Of a stretch of 45,817 nucleotides of DNA, positions 29,180 through 42,219 are shown piece after piece; within the stretch, counting starts at the first letter, position 1, and each line of letters begins with the position of its first letter. Source of the DNA: an uncultured Deferribacteres bacterium (lineage in GTDB: Bacteria > Zhuqueibacterota > Zhuqueibacteria > Zhuqueibacterales > Geothermadaptataceae). The position numbers were made by a program, and so were the translations under genes. The notes beneath the pieces were generated by a model. That model was not told the DNA's origin, searched no databases, and saw nothing but the letters and a program-made list of their open reading frames with translations. The stretch spans positions 1 to 45,817 of the forward strand of contig CAXHAT010000042.1 of NCBI GenBank assembly GCA_964014485.1, in the 5' to 3' direction.

Positions 29180-29416
29180 TTGGAAGTCATTAACCTTATC
29201 CTTGAATTATATATTTTTGCAATTATCGCCGTGGTGATTATTTCTTGGGTAAATCCAGGTCTAAACAATCAATTCACCAATTTTTTATATAAGATCACCG
29301 AACCGCCTCTTGAAATGCTGCGACGCGTTATTCCGCCCTTGGGAGGCCTTGATCTTTCTCCGATGGTTTTGATTTTTATTATCATTCTCATTCAAAGATT
29401 GATTCTGCGCGTTTAA
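29180..29416 (+). CDS. yggT: YggT family membrane protein
   Basis: ISWV, ITEP and RRVIPPLGGLDLSP motifs; TTG start after GGAGG. Confidence 0.9.
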   Translation: MEVINLILELYIFAIIAVVIISWVNPGLNNQFTNFLYKITEPPLEMLRRVIPPLGGLDLSPMVLIFIIILIQRLILRV

Positions 29417-29587
29417 GCGCGCATCCAGTGCAGACCCCGAATCTGAATTGATCAACCAGGCCGTAGCGCTGTTGTGCAAAGTTATGCCGAGCAAGATAAG
29501 ACCTCAACGGACACGAAATAATCTGCGAATTTTGCGATCTTTCGTACTTTAATGTATTTGTAGCAATATTTATTGCAGGAGTGAATT

Positions 29588-30295
29588 GTGAAGCTAACGC
29601 CTTTGGATATCAAAAAGCAGGAATTCAAGCGCATTCTGCGAGGTTACGATCCGATTGAGATCGACGCCTTTCTTGAAATGGTCGCGGATGAGTTTGAAGT
29701 TGCGTTGCGAGACAAAAACCGACTCGCTGAAGAAAATCTGAGGCTAAAAACACAGCTTCAGGATTACCACAAAGTTGAGAAGACGCTGAAGGACACGCTT
29801 GTGACGGCGCAAGAAAACATCTCCGCCTCGCGTCAAAGCTCCAAGCGGGAAGCGGACATCATTCTGCGAGAAGCCGAACTGAAAGCGGAAAAAGTTCTTG
29901 AGAACGCACGCGCACGCTTGGAAAAGCTGAGAAATGACATCATGATCATCAAGGCGCAAAAAGAGAGCTTCGCCCGCCGTCTGCGTCATTTGCTAGAAAG
30001 TCAAGTTGAGCTTATCAACGTTCTTGAAATGGACGACGCCGGTTTCGACGAGCAGCAACCCGTGCGTTACTCGCGCCCTGCACTGCCGCGAAAAGCTATT
30101 TCCGGGCCGAATGGAAATATGCGTCGAAAAGTCGACATTCCGACGGAAGCTGCGCCGATTCAGGCGAACTCTCGCCCGCCTGCGCATACCGGTGATTTTC
30201 CAGGAGGAAACGGATTTCGGGATCGCACCGAGGGCAATGGACGGGTCAGGCAAGAGCAAAGAAGGCAGAGAACAAAAGATCAGTTTATTACATAG
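29588..30295 (+). CDS. divIVA: DivIVA-domain protein
   Basis: LTPLDIKKQEF...RGYDPIEIDAFLE N-terminal domain, coiled coil, low-complexity tail. Confidence 0.9.
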   Translation: MKLTPLDIKKQEFKRILRGYDPIEIDAFLEMVADEFEVALRDKNRLAEENLRLKTQLQDYHKVEKTLKDTLVTAQENISASRQSSKREADIILREAELKAEKVLENARARLEKLRNDIMIIKAQKESFARRLRHLLESQVELINVLEMDDAGFDEQQPVRYSRPALPRKAISGPNGNMRRKVDIPTEAAPIQANSRPPAHTGDFPGGNGFRDRTEGNGRVRQEQRRQRTKDQFIT

Positions 30296-30390
30296 CCCCA
30301 TCCTTTGCATCTTTACTCCGTTTCCGCACAAATTCTCTCTAATACACACGAACAGATTCAACGACCAACAACATCTTTGAGGACTGCATC

Positions 30391-30900
30391 ATGGGAAAAA
30401 AGCGTTTGGTTCAATACCTGGTTTTTGGGATTTTCTGCGGACATTTGGGCTGTGCGTCAAAAGCGCCGTTGATGGACAGATCTGAAAGGCCTATTACAAA
30501 ACAAGAAGTTCGGGCGCACAAAAACAGCAAGAATTTTGTTATTTATGCTTTAGGCGGCGGCGCACTGAGTTTTGGAGGAAGCTTTTTTCTCGGCTCAATG
30601 CTTGACCGCGCTGTTGAGAGTGAGAATCGTTCCGCTGTTTGGATTACGAGCGGAGCTGGCACGCTGGCCGGGCTGCTTTTTTTCTCTCATCTTGGGAGGA
30701 CGCAGGATCATAACAACGCAATCGCGAAAATCAGCGATAGCAGAAAAAACGGTGTCTTGACGGAAATTGACGGCGAGCAAGAGAAACGAAAGCAAATCGA
30801 GGACGAGACGCAAAAAATACTTGAAGATCGGAAGCGCCAGGAAGAGGAACGAAAAAAACTTCTCGATGCGTTAAAAAAGAAAGATAAGAAAAAGAATTGA
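30391..30900 (+). CDS. Hypothetical membrane/lipoprotein with C-terminal coiled coil
   Basis: LGC lipobox-like site, two Gly-rich hydrophobic segments, charged tail; RBS GAGG. Confidence 0.7.
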   Translation: MGKKRLVQYLVFGIFCGHLGCASKAPLMDRSERPITKQEVRAHKNSKNFVIYALGGGALSFGGSFFLGSMLDRAVESENRSAVWITSGAGTLAGLLFFSHLGRTQDHNNAIAKISDSRKNGVLTEIDGEQEKRKQIEDETQKILEDRKRQEEERKKLLDALKKKDKKKN

Positions 30901-31145
30901 ACAGCGCTTGTTAAGATACAATCTATAAATTCCCTGATTGATCACCCGGCGGAAATCTTCTTGGCTTTGGGAAAAGACTCCCAAGACCTGAGATGATAAA
31001 GTTTTTACAGAAAACTTACTGTGTGGCAATTGGGGATTTGTGCATAAGATTTTTCTCAATATGACGCTTCGACGGCAAGAAACCCCGTCGTCGTTGACTT
31101 TATGAGCGAGAATCTTCAGCGAGCGCGTAGAAAAGGAGAGCGAGG

Positions 31146-31967
31146 ATGGGTGAACTGTTACAACAAATTGAAGATGCGTACGCCTGCCTGAAACCACAAA
31201 TTTCGGCGCAGCCCGAAATAGGCGTTATTCTCGGGACTGGTTTGGGGGCGCTGGCCGAAGAAATCGAAAAAGACGCCGTTATTTCCTACGAAGACATTCC
31301 CCACTTTCCGCTTTCCACGGTTGAGAGTCACGCAGGTCGGCTGATTTTTGGTTCGATTCATGGCCGCCGAATTGTTGCCATGCAGGGTCGCTTTCACTAT
31401 TACGAAGGCTACACCATGCAACAGATTACTTTTCCTGTTCGCGTAATGAAACGACTTGGATGTGAGACGCTAATCGTTTCCAACGCATGCGGCGGGATGA
31501 ACCCAACATACACGCCCGGAGATGTCATGGTCATCGCCGATCATATCAATTTGCTTGGCGACAATCCGTTGATCGGGCCGAATGAAGATTCGTTGGGGCC
31601 GCGTTTCCCGGATATGAGCGAACCGTATTCTTTTGACTTGCTCAAGCTGGCGGAGAAAATCGCCCTTGAAGAGAAAATCAAGATTCAGAAAGGCGTTTAT
31701 GTCGCCGTTGCTGGGCCGAATCTCGAAACGCGCGCGGAATATCGATTCTTGCGTACTATAGGCGCTGACGTTGTGGGAATGTCAACGGTTCCGGAAGTGA
31801 TCGCCGCGGTTCATGCCTCGATGAAAGTGCTTGGCTTTTCAGTAGTTACGGATGCTTGTTTTCCGGATGCGCTTCAGCCAGTTAATATTCAAGAAATTCT
31901 GCGAACCGCCGCTGAAGCGGAACCTAAACTTACAACGCTAATCAAAAAAGTCGTCGAAAAAATATAA
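31146..31967 (+). CDS. punA: Purine-nucleoside phosphorylase (trimeric family)
   Basis: LGTGLG, STVESHAG, GRFHYYEG, GPNLETRAE and VGMSTVPE motifs. Confidence 0.93.
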   Translation: MGELLQQIEDAYACLKPQISAQPEIGVILGTGLGALAEEIEKDAVISYEDIPHFPLSTVESHAGRLIFGSIHGRRIVAMQGRFHYYEGYTMQQITFPVRVMKRLGCETLIVSNACGGMNPTYTPGDVMVIADHINLLGDNPLIGPNEDSLGPRFPDMSEPYSFDLLKLAEKIALEEKIKIQKGVYVAVAGPNLETRAEYRFLRTIGADVVGMSTVPEVIAAVHASMKVLGFSVVTDACFPDALQPVNIQEILRTAAEAEPKLTTLIKKVVEKI

Positions 31968-31985
31968 TTTTAGAAACAACGCGAG

Positions 31986-35129
<3,144 letters not shown>

Positions 35130-35229
35130 TATTTGATGCTGGCGATGCCGGCAATCTGTTCAACCCGCCCTTGTTGAGAATTCTATTTGAGGTGAAGGCC
35201 TTTAATCATTTGACCAAGGAGGCGCTTGT

Positions 35230-35622
35230 ATGACGGATAAGGAGTTGGGGCGTTTTAAGGACATAATTATGAACAAGAGGGACGCCCTCTTGCGCGAACT
35301 CGGGTATCTGAAAGAAACGAATATGAGCTCAACGCCGACCGAAGCGGCGGGCGAGCATTCTGCGTATACCCATCACATGGCCGATGTCGGGACTGATAAC
35401 ATGGAGCGTGAAAAAGCTTTCATGTACGCAAATCGCGAAAGCAGATTGCTTTATTATCTCGATCAGGCTCTGGACAGAATTCAGGACAAATCATACGGCG
35501 TCTGCCGTGAATGTGAACAACCAATTGACCCTCGGCGTCTGGAAGCCGTACCGCACGCAACGCTTTGCATCAGTTGCAAGTCGAACCGAGAAAACGGCGC
35601 TTACCGGCCACCGAGAAAATAA
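35230..35622 (+). CDS. TraR/DksA family C4 zinc-finger protein
   Basis: HMADVGTD and YGVCRECEQPI...RLEAVP...CISC; RBS AGGAGG. Confidence 0.9.
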   Translation: MTDKELGRFKDIIMNKRDALLRELGYLKETNMSSTPTEAAGEHSAYTHHMADVGTDNMEREKAFMYANRESRLLYYLDQALDRIQDKSYGVCRECEQPIDPRRLEAVPHATLCISCKSNRENGAYRPPRK

Positions 35623-35646
35623 ATTCAATTTATCGGGATCGTCGAC

Positions 35647-36177
35647 TTGCGCATACTTATCGTCTCAGCCATCGTTCTGCTTCTCGACCAAATTACGAAA
35701 CTTTCGATTAAGGCTTCATTTCGGCTGTTCGAAAGTGTTAGCGTATTTGGCGATTTTTTTAGGCTTACCTACATTGAAAACCCGGGCATGGCGTTCGGTA
35801 TTAAATTCGCCGGCCCGTGGTTCTTTATCACCTTCTCAATCGTTGCGAGCATTGCAATCAGTGTCTATTTATACAAACTGAGAGATGCAGCATTCTTACC
35901 CCGATTTACGTTTGCACTTATTTTAGGCGGTGCATTGGGAAATCTGATTGATCGTATCGCGTATGGTCGTGTTATCGATTTCCTTGATTTTGGTCTGAGC
36001 GGTTCGCGATTTCCTGTTTTTAATGTCGCCGATATTGCTGTGTCGGTCGGCATGACTCTACTCATTTTTATGATTATTTTCGAAAAAGACGAAAAGCAAA
36101 AAGACGATTCCGTGCTCGAAATGAAGCGCGGCAATCCTGCTGACAGCGAAGAGCGCGACATCTGGCAAGCCTCCTGA
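35647..36177 (+). CDS. lspA: Lipoprotein signal peptidase II
   Basis: DQITK, NPGMAFG, GALGNLIDR, VIDF and FNVAD motifs. Confidence 0.96.
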   Translation: MRILIVSAIVLLLDQITKLSIKASFRLFESVSVFGDFFRLTYIENPGMAFGIKFAGPWFFITFSIVASIAISVYLYKLRDAAFLPRFTFALILGGALGNLIDRIAYGRVIDFLDFGLSGSRFPVFNVADIAVSVGMTLLIFMIIFEKDEKQKDDSVLEMKRGNPADSEERDIWQAS

Positions 36178-36217
36178 TTCTCCCGATCAGTACCTCACTG
36201 ACAAAATTTTGCTCTCA

Positions 36218-37213
36218 ATGGAAAATCCCGAATCGCAACAGTTTGAGTTTGCCGTTCCGCAAAATCAAAAACTGGAACGCCTCGACAAGTACTTGGTCGC
36301 CCGGTTCCCGCAAAAAAGCCGCGCCTATCTTCAGAGTCTTATCAATTCCGACGACGTCCAAATTAACGGGCGATCCGCCAAGGCCAGCCACAAAGTTTCT
36401 CCCGGTGAAAAAATTACCCTTGTCCTGCGTGAAAGACCGCCGATTGAAGCGCAGCCGGAGAAAATCCCGCTAGATATTATTTTTGAAGACGAAGATATTC
36501 TTGTTGTTAATAAAGCGGCGGGAATGGTCGTCCATCCGGCATACATGAACACGACCGGAACGTTGGTCAATGCACTGCTATACCATTGCCAAAACGCGTT
36601 GTCGCAAAGCAACGGGCCGCATCGTCCGGGGATCGTTCACAGGTTAGACAAAGACACTTCCGGGCTCCTTGTCGTAGCCAAAAATGATGAAGCCCATGCT
36701 GCATTGGCTGAACAATTCAAACAAAAAACGGCCTTCCGGCGTTACCAAGCCGTCGTCTGGGGCGACATTGCGGAGGATAGCGGTACAATTTCAACTTTTC
36801 TCAAGCGCAACCCCGGAGACCGTCGCAAAATGATGATTACCGATGACGAAGAAGGCAAATGGGCGGTAACGCATTTTGAAGTTTCTCAAAAGTTCAGGAT
36901 GACCACGCATCTTTTTCTGAATTTGGAAACCGGACGGACGCATCAAATCCGGGTGCATTTGGCTCATATTGGGCTCCCAGTATTGGGCGATCCCGCTTAC
37001 GGCGGACGAAAAAGCGGTTTAACCGGACTCAATAAAAGCGCAACATTGGCTGGCATGGAGTATTTAAAAATGATGCCGAGGCAGGCGCTGCACGCGTTTG
37101 AATTGAAACTGATTCATCCAAAGCAAAAGGTCGAGCTCAGTTTTCAAGCGCCGTTGCCGGAAGACTTTGAAAAACTGCTCGCGTTTTTACAGGCTGAAAA
37201 AAATCAATTCTGA
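36218..37213 (+). CDS. rluD: RluA/RluD family pseudouridine synthase with S4 domain
   Basis: RLDKYL S4 start; NKAAGMVVHP, GIVHRLDKDTSG, ETGRTHQIRVH and RQALHA motifs. Confidence 0.92.
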   Translation: MENPESQQFEFAVPQNQKLERLDKYLVARFPQKSRAYLQSLINSDDVQINGRSAKASHKVSPGEKITLVLRERPPIEAQPEKIPLDIIFEDEDILVVNKAAGMVVHPAYMNTTGTLVNALLYHCQNALSQSNGPHRPGIVHRLDKDTSGLLVVAKNDEAHAALAEQFKQKTAFRRYQAVVWGDIAEDSGTISTFLKRNPGDRRKMMITDDEEGKWAVTHFEVSQKFRMTTHLFLNLETGRTHQIRVHLAHIGLPVLGDPAYGGRKSGLTGLNKSATLAGMEYLKMMPRQALHAFELKLIHPKQKVELSFQAPLPEDFEKLLAFLQAEKNQF

Positions 37214-37308
37214 ACATTTCTTTCTTGCCATTGGTCTTGGCTGATGCTTATTATCCGTTTCATTTTTTTTAACCGTTTAACTAACGAATGGATTATCGAG
37301 GAGGAAGC

Positions 37309-37908
37309 ATGAAGACGCTTTCAAAAACACTGTTTTATTTCTTCATTACTGTTGCGGCGTTTTCTCTCGCCGCTTGCGGCGGTTCTGAAGAAGGCGCATC
37401 GAACAGCGGCGATTCAGGGGAAACCCAGATTTCAGCCGAAAAACCTGCTGAAAACCCGAATCGTGGAACAGCAAGCGCAGACTTTGGCGGTAAAAGCGTA
37501 AGTGTCGACTATGGTCGCCCGGAACTCAAAGGACGTGATATGCTTGGCCAAGCTTCGGATGGCATGGTCTGGCGCATGGGGATGAATGAAGCGACCGTCT
37601 TGGAAACAGCGGCAAACTTAACGTTTGGCGAAACAGCCGTTGCTGCAGGGCGCTATACTTTGTGGATGCAAAAAACGGCTGACGGCTGGGATTTATTGGT
37701 GAATTCCAATGCAGCCGAAGGCATGTGGGGCGCACCGGCGCCGAGTGACGGCGTGGTGGCAAGCACCTCCTTCGCAATCAGCGCAAGTGAAACCTCCGTC
37801 GAAAAATTCACGATGGAAGTTGCAGCTAGTGATGACTCAAACGGCAGCATCACGGTTTCCTGGGATAAAATGGTCTTGACGGCCAGCTTTGGCGTTAGCG
37901 CCGAGTAA
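37309..37908 (+). CDS. DUF2911-domain lipoprotein
   Basis: Lipobox LAAC; VDYGRP..KGR, VWRMGMNEAT and AGRYTLW motifs; RBS GAGGAGG. Confidence 0.8.
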   Translation: MKTLSKTLFYFFITVAAFSLAACGGSEEGASNSGDSGETQISAEKPAENPNRGTASADFGGKSVSVDYGRPELKGRDMLGQASDGMVWRMGMNEATVLETAANLTFGETAVAAGRYTLWMQKTADGWDLLVNSNAAEGMWGAPAPSDGVVASTSFAISASETSVEKFTMEVAASDDSNGSITVSWDKMVLTASFGVSAE

Positions 37909-37918
37909 TTATGGGAGC

Positions 37919-37944
37919 GGGGCGCGCTAATCATGCAGCGCCCC
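37919..37944. terminator. GC-rich hairpin just after the DUF2911 gene
   Basis: GGGGCGC...GCGCCCC stem starting 10 nt after the stop; weak U-tract. Confidence 0.4.
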
Positions 37945-38168
37945 AAAATTTCGACCATCTTCTGTCGCCCCTTCTGTTCAACCTCTCCGATAAACAACAC
38001 TTCCATCACCGTTCTGAATGAATCGCCAACATAACCTGAGTAGTTCAGGTTAAATGCTGAAACGCATTCGGCGCTTCGCTTTTTGAAAATGCCTGCAAAT
38101 TCTTTAGAATCCTCGAGCTGAATAAGAATTAATGTAACTGTTCGATTGACCAACGCTTGGCTGGAGTT

Positions 38169-38285
38169 AGGCCTTCCAAAAACATAATGTTTTGAGGCGT
38201 CCCACAAGATGTCGTAGGGGCTCAAAATCTTGAGCCCCTACACGCAGTATGCTTCTCAATCAGAAAACATGTTTTGGGACAGCCT
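38169..38285. mobile_element. MITE-like element, copy 3 (hairpin 38214-38241)
   Basis: AGGCCTTCCAAAAACAT...ATGTTTTGGGACAGCCT; core GTAGGGGCTCAAAATCTTGAGCCCCTAC. Confidence 0.7.
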
Positions 38286-38416
38286 CTCGAGAGTGAAAAA
38301 CCGGTGAAAAGGATGTTGAAGCGTTTGCCCGGAGTTGTTTCCTTACAAAGACCGTCAATGTGGTTGAGAAGCTGAGTGGTTACGAATTGATCCCGAGAAT
38401 TGTGGAGGAAGTGGCG

Positions 38417-39991
38417 ATGCTATCGAAAAAGATGATTTTTATTTTCTTGTTGATTTTACCTTGGTCGAACGGACAAAGCCAAACGCTGGCAGTTGACGAC
38501 CCGGTACTAAAAAATATTTGGTCCGAGGCGATGGACAATTCTATGCTCGAACCTTTAGCGCACGAACTGCTCGACGTGATCGGGCCGCGGCTTGTTGGAA
38601 CGCCGCAAATGAAAAAAGCGCATGATTGGGCTGTCGCGAAATACACAGACTGGGACGTCACGGCGGAAAGCGAGCAGTTTGGCAAATGGCGCGGTTGGGA
38701 GCGCGGCGTTACGCACATTGACTTGTTGGAACCGCGCGTACGGACGCTTTCCGGCATGATGCTCGCCTGGAGCCCGCCGACAAAGAAAAAAGGCCTGACC
38801 GCTGAAGTTATTATCATGACGGACGCGGCCGATTCAACAAGTTTCCAAGAGTGGCTGCCAAATGTCAAAGGCAAATTTGTACTCGTTTCCATGCCCCAGC
38901 CGACGGGCCGTCCTAATTCCAATTGGGAAGAGTTTGGCCTGGAGAAATCGTTTGAAAAAATGCAAGAAGCCCGGAAAGCGTTGCAGGACAATTGGGCGGA
39001 ACGCTTGAAGAAAACCGGCTTTAACCGCCGGACGATTCAAGCCGTCCTGGAAGAAGCGGGCGCAGCCGGAATCATCAGCTCTCTCTGGGCGCGCGGTTGG
39101 GGAGCCAATCGCATTTTTGGCGCTTCCACCAAAAAAATCCCGGTTATCGATCTGAGCCTGGAAGATTACGGCCTGGTCTACCGGCTGGCGGAAAACGGTC
39201 ACAACCCTAAAATTCGTCTGGTCGCGGAATCAAAATTTCTTGGCGAAGTCCCGACCTTCAATACGTTGGCGCGTATTCCAGGAACTGAGAAGCCCGATGA
39301 ATACGTCATGCTCTCGGCGCACTTCGATTCGTGGGACGGCGCTTCCGGTGCTACCGACAACGGCACGGGTACGCTGACCATGATGGAGGCCATGCGCGTG
39401 CTCAAAAAAGCCTACCCGAATCCGAAGCGCACGATTCTCGTCGGACATTGGGGCAGCGAAGAACAGGGCTTAAACGGTTCGCGCGCATTCGTGAAAGATC
39501 ATCCTGAAGTTGTCGATAACTTGCAGGCGCTGTTTAATCAAGACAACGGCACGGGCCGGGTGGTGAGAATGACCGGCTCTGGATTCATTAATGCCGGCGA
39601 ATTTTTTGGCCGTTGGTTGGCGCGCGTACCGCGAGAAGTTTCGCAGCACGTCGAACTGACGCTTCCGGGGATGCCTTCCGGCGGCGGCAGTGATCACGCG
39701 GCGTTTGTGGCGGCTGGAGCGCCTGCCTTTTTTATTGGCTCTTTAAATTGGGGCTACTTTTCCTACACTTGGCACACCAATCTCGATACCTACGACAAAG
39801 TCGTTTTTGACGATGTGAGAAACAACGTGGTGCTCGCCGCTTCGCTTGCGTACTTGGCCTCGGAAGAACCGGAAAGATTCTCCCGCGAACGCCGCGAAAT
39901 GCCCATCGACGAAAAAACCGGCAAGCCGCGTCCATGGCCTGCGATGAAGGACGGAAATCGTGCGGGGGGTTTGGAGAAAACAGAGAAGTAA
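38417..39991 (+). CDS. M28 family peptidase (carboxypeptidase Q-like)
   Basis: IGPRLVG, SAHFDSW, GATDNGTG, SEEQGL, GSDH and WHT motifs; signal peptide from the ATG after GGAGG. Confidence 0.9.
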   Translation: MLSKKMIFIFLLILPWSNGQSQTLAVDDPVLKNIWSEAMDNSMLEPLAHELLDVIGPRLVGTPQMKKAHDWAVAKYTDWDVTAESEQFGKWRGWERGVTHIDLLEPRVRTLSGMMLAWSPPTKKKGLTAEVIIMTDAADSTSFQEWLPNVKGKFVLVSMPQPTGRPNSNWEEFGLEKSFEKMQEARKALQDNWAERLKKTGFNRRTIQAVLEEAGAAGIISSLWARGWGANRIFGASTKKIPVIDLSLEDYGLVYRLAENGHNPKIRLVAESKFLGEVPTFNTLARIPGTEKPDEYVMLSAHFDSWDGASGATDNGTGTLTMMEAMRVLKKAYPNPKRTILVGHWGSEEQGLNGSRAFVKDHPEVVDNLQALFNQDNGTGRVVRMTGSGFINAGEFFGRWLARVPREVSQHVELTLPGMPSGGGSDHAAFVAAGAPAFFIGSLNWGYFSYTWHTNLDTYDKVVFDDVRNNVVLAASLAYLASEEPERFSRERREMPIDEKTGKPRPWPAMKDGNRAGGLEKTEK

Positions 39992-40047
39992 ATTAAAAAA
40001 CCATAGAGATTTTCAGAAATAAAAATGTTGCAAACCAGGGGTGTAAA

Positions 40048-40338
40048 ATGGCTGAGAAACGAAGTAAGGGCTCAAGCATCAGAAAAACGCTGTTCAAAGA
40101 TCGCTATTTTTCAGGCACGCATAATTACTTTTTTGAATTGAAAGTGGCTAACAACGGCTCGAAGTACATTGTTATTGATCAAAGAAGAAAAGTGGGGGAT
40201 CGCTTTGAAGGCGTCAAAATGCGGATTTTTGAGGATGAAATGCTTGAGTTTCAGCGTGTCCTTGGCAAGATGATTAACGCCTCAATAAAATATCAGGAAC
40301 CGCTTGCTTTTTCATTTCGGGAAGAAGAGCGTGCTTAA
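40048..40338 (+). CDS. PUR/DUF3276-like nucleic-acid-binding domain (5' part of an interrupted ORF)
   Basis: YFFELK...GSKYIVI......RIFED...F pattern; in frame with the downstream ORF. Confidence 0.65.
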   Translation: MAEKRSKGSSIRKTLFKDRYFSGTHNYFFELKVANNGSKYIVIDQRRKVGDRFEGVKMRIFEDEMLEFQRVLGKMINASIKYQEPLAFSFREEERA

Positions 40339-40860
40339 GAGCAAAGCCATAAGTCCGCACCAACTCGGGTACTCGAAAAGGAACTATATCCATCATTTTA
40401 TGAAAATTTAAGAGATACGAATGATTGGAGAGAGTTTGAACGATACGTCTACTACATGCTAAAATCTGTAGGAATTCAAAAGGCCTACAAATTTTTAGGT
40501 GAACGGCAGGCTGGGAAAGCGGACGGCTTTTTTAAATTTGGCAACTTGGCTGTGCTTTATGATTGTACGACCAGTACCAAAAATATCGAGAAGAACAAAA
40601 AAGATCAAATCATCAATTACTGCAACCGACTCAAGCAGGGCAGTATTGAATTGTCGGACAATGCCGTTGAGGAATTTCACAATTACAATAAGCAGGTGTG
40701 GATAATTACCCGTGGCATATCTCGAATGATCAAACTGGTCAACGATATTGCAGTAAAAGAAATCTGCATCGAAGACTTGATGGCGCTTTATCAAGATCGA
40801 TTGATGCGCCCCGTGAAGGAGGAACAGATAGAATTTAAATTACGAAATCTTGGCGTTTAG
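40048..40860 (+). pseudogene. Single 270-codon frame broken by one TAA (40336-40338): PUR-like plus restriction-endonuclease-like domain
   Basis: The frame stays open for 39 codons between the TAA and ATG 40456, and these contain WREFERYVYY, the expected first helix of the nuclease-like domain. Confidence 0.6.
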
Positions 40861-42219
40861 TCGTTTTCGGGGGAATTTAACGAGTATTGTAGGCAGGATA
40901 TTTTTATCAAACTCAGCAAGCGTCCGTTCGACGGAGTGGCTGGTATCAAGCTTAACGAAGCCGTAATCCTGGGCAATCTTGTGGTAGGCGTCACGGGCTC
41001 GGGTGAGCTCGGCTTCGTTGAGTTGCGGTTTGCGTGCAAAAATCGTTTCCGGCTCGGCGTCGAGCAGAATGCCCACGTCTGGGCGGGGGTAACGGTCGCA
41101 CATCGCTTCGCGTAATTCGACTTGGTAGTCCATCGGGCGGTTCTTGTAGCCGGTGAGAATGTCGTAAATGTAGCGGTCGCTCAAAACCACCCGTCCTTGC
41201 CGCAGCATCGGCATAACGCGAATGAACCAACGCGCCTGCATTTCAACATGCAGCAATGCGTAATAAAGCAAGCTGCGAAACTGAAATTTCAGCCAAGCCG
41301 CGCCTTTCAACGGGCCGGGCTTTTGATCGGTTTTGCCTTGATCATAAGCTTTGTAATCGTCGCGATAGGGGGACGGACGGAACGGCTTGAAAATCTTGCG
41401 CAGCTTTAAGACGCTGTCTCCCCACGGCCCCATGTAGGCCACCTTGCCGCCTAACCCAGCTTGTTTCAATCTTTCCTGAATCGCCTTGATCGTCGTGCTT
41501 TTTCCAGCGCCGTCCGGGCCGATAAACGCGATGACGACGCCGCGCTTTTTGCCGAAAAACTTTAACTTTCGTCGCGTCGACTCCAACATTTTCGCGTTGC
41601 TGCGATTGCTCTCGCGTTGCAACAGAGCCTCACGCGCGCGTTTTTCGCTCGCAGCTACTATTCTTTCATCGTCGATGGCTGATTCAAGATTTTGTGTCAG
41701 CGTGACAAATTCCTGCCACAGACCATATTCCCGCAGATGTTTTTCGATGTATGCCTTGTCCTGAGCTTTGGCTAACAGTGATTTTAAAAGCGGAGCGTGT
41801 TTTTCCTGAATTTTTTTCTTGGCGAGCACATTGTGAAAAAGCAGGCTCATCAAGTAATCTTCCGGCGAAAGTTGAAAGAAGCCGTTCACTTCGCGGCGGT
41901 TTTGAAGCAGGCGATTAACGTCGAGAAATTCGATCCCGCGACAAACGACTTTTTCATGCACGTCGAGCAAGCGGATCACGCCGTCGTCGTTGCGCAGCCA
42001 GAGCGACTTCGACGGGTTGAGAAAGTCGTCCTTGATTTGAATGAAGCCGTTTTCTGCTGCAACTTTGGCGAATCCCGCTCGATTTTTTGCGTCGGTGAGC
42101 AAATCGAGATCTTTGATCGGCTGGTCGCTGGTTACGTCATCGCGAAGGCAAGCGTATGGGATGTTTTGAGCGCTCAAGGCGTCCAAAAAGGTGCAGTAAA
42201 TCTGATTTTCCGGGTTCAC
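40840..42219 (-). CDS. Nucleotidyltransferase-like plus thymidylate-kinase-like fusion protein
   Basis: N-terminal YACLR...KDLDLL...LDVH; C-terminal GPDGAGKST, SDRY.YD, PRPD and ARK; GTG start overlapping the upstream TGA. Confidence 0.8.
   Translation of the reverse strand: MNPENQIYCTFLDALSAQNIPYACLRDDVTSDQPIKDLDLLTDAKNRAGFAKVAAENGFIQIKDDFLNPSKSLWLRNDDGVIRLLDVHEKVVCRGIEFLDVNRLLQNRREVNGFFQLSPEDYLMSLLFHNVLAKKKIQEKHAPLLKSLLAKAQDKAYIEKHLREYGLWQEFVTLTQNLESAIDDERIVAASEKRAREALLQRESNRSNAKMLESTRRKLKFFGKKRGVVIAFIGPDGAGKSTTIKAIQERLKQAGLGGKVAYMGPWGDSVLKLRKIFKPFRPSPYRDDYKAYDQGKTDQKPGPLKGAAWLKFQFRSLLYYALLHVEMQARWFIRVMPMLRQGRVVLSDRYIYDILTGYKNRPMDYQVELREAMCDRYPRPDVGILLDAEPETIFARKPQLNEAELTRARDAYHKIAQDYGFVKLDTSHSVERTLAEFDKNILPTILVKFPRKRLNAKIS

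Noticed and set aside
30901..31145. Possible purine riboswitch or T-box upstream of PNP/ileS
   Set aside because: Only a short CGACGG/CCGTCG hairpin is present; the purine-riboswitch core and T-box consensus were not found by eye. An Rfam scan would settle it.
37653..38225. 190-aa minus-strand ORF, possible transposase remnant or attC site (GTTAGGC near 38166)
   Set aside because: The ORF starts inside MITE copy 3 and runs antisense into DUF2911; there is no transposase motif, no properly spaced inverse core and no integrase.
40336..40338. Stop-codon recoding (Sec/Pyl or alternative genetic code)
   Set aside because: The codon is TAA, which terminates many conserved genes in this window; Sec and Pyl use TGA and TAG.
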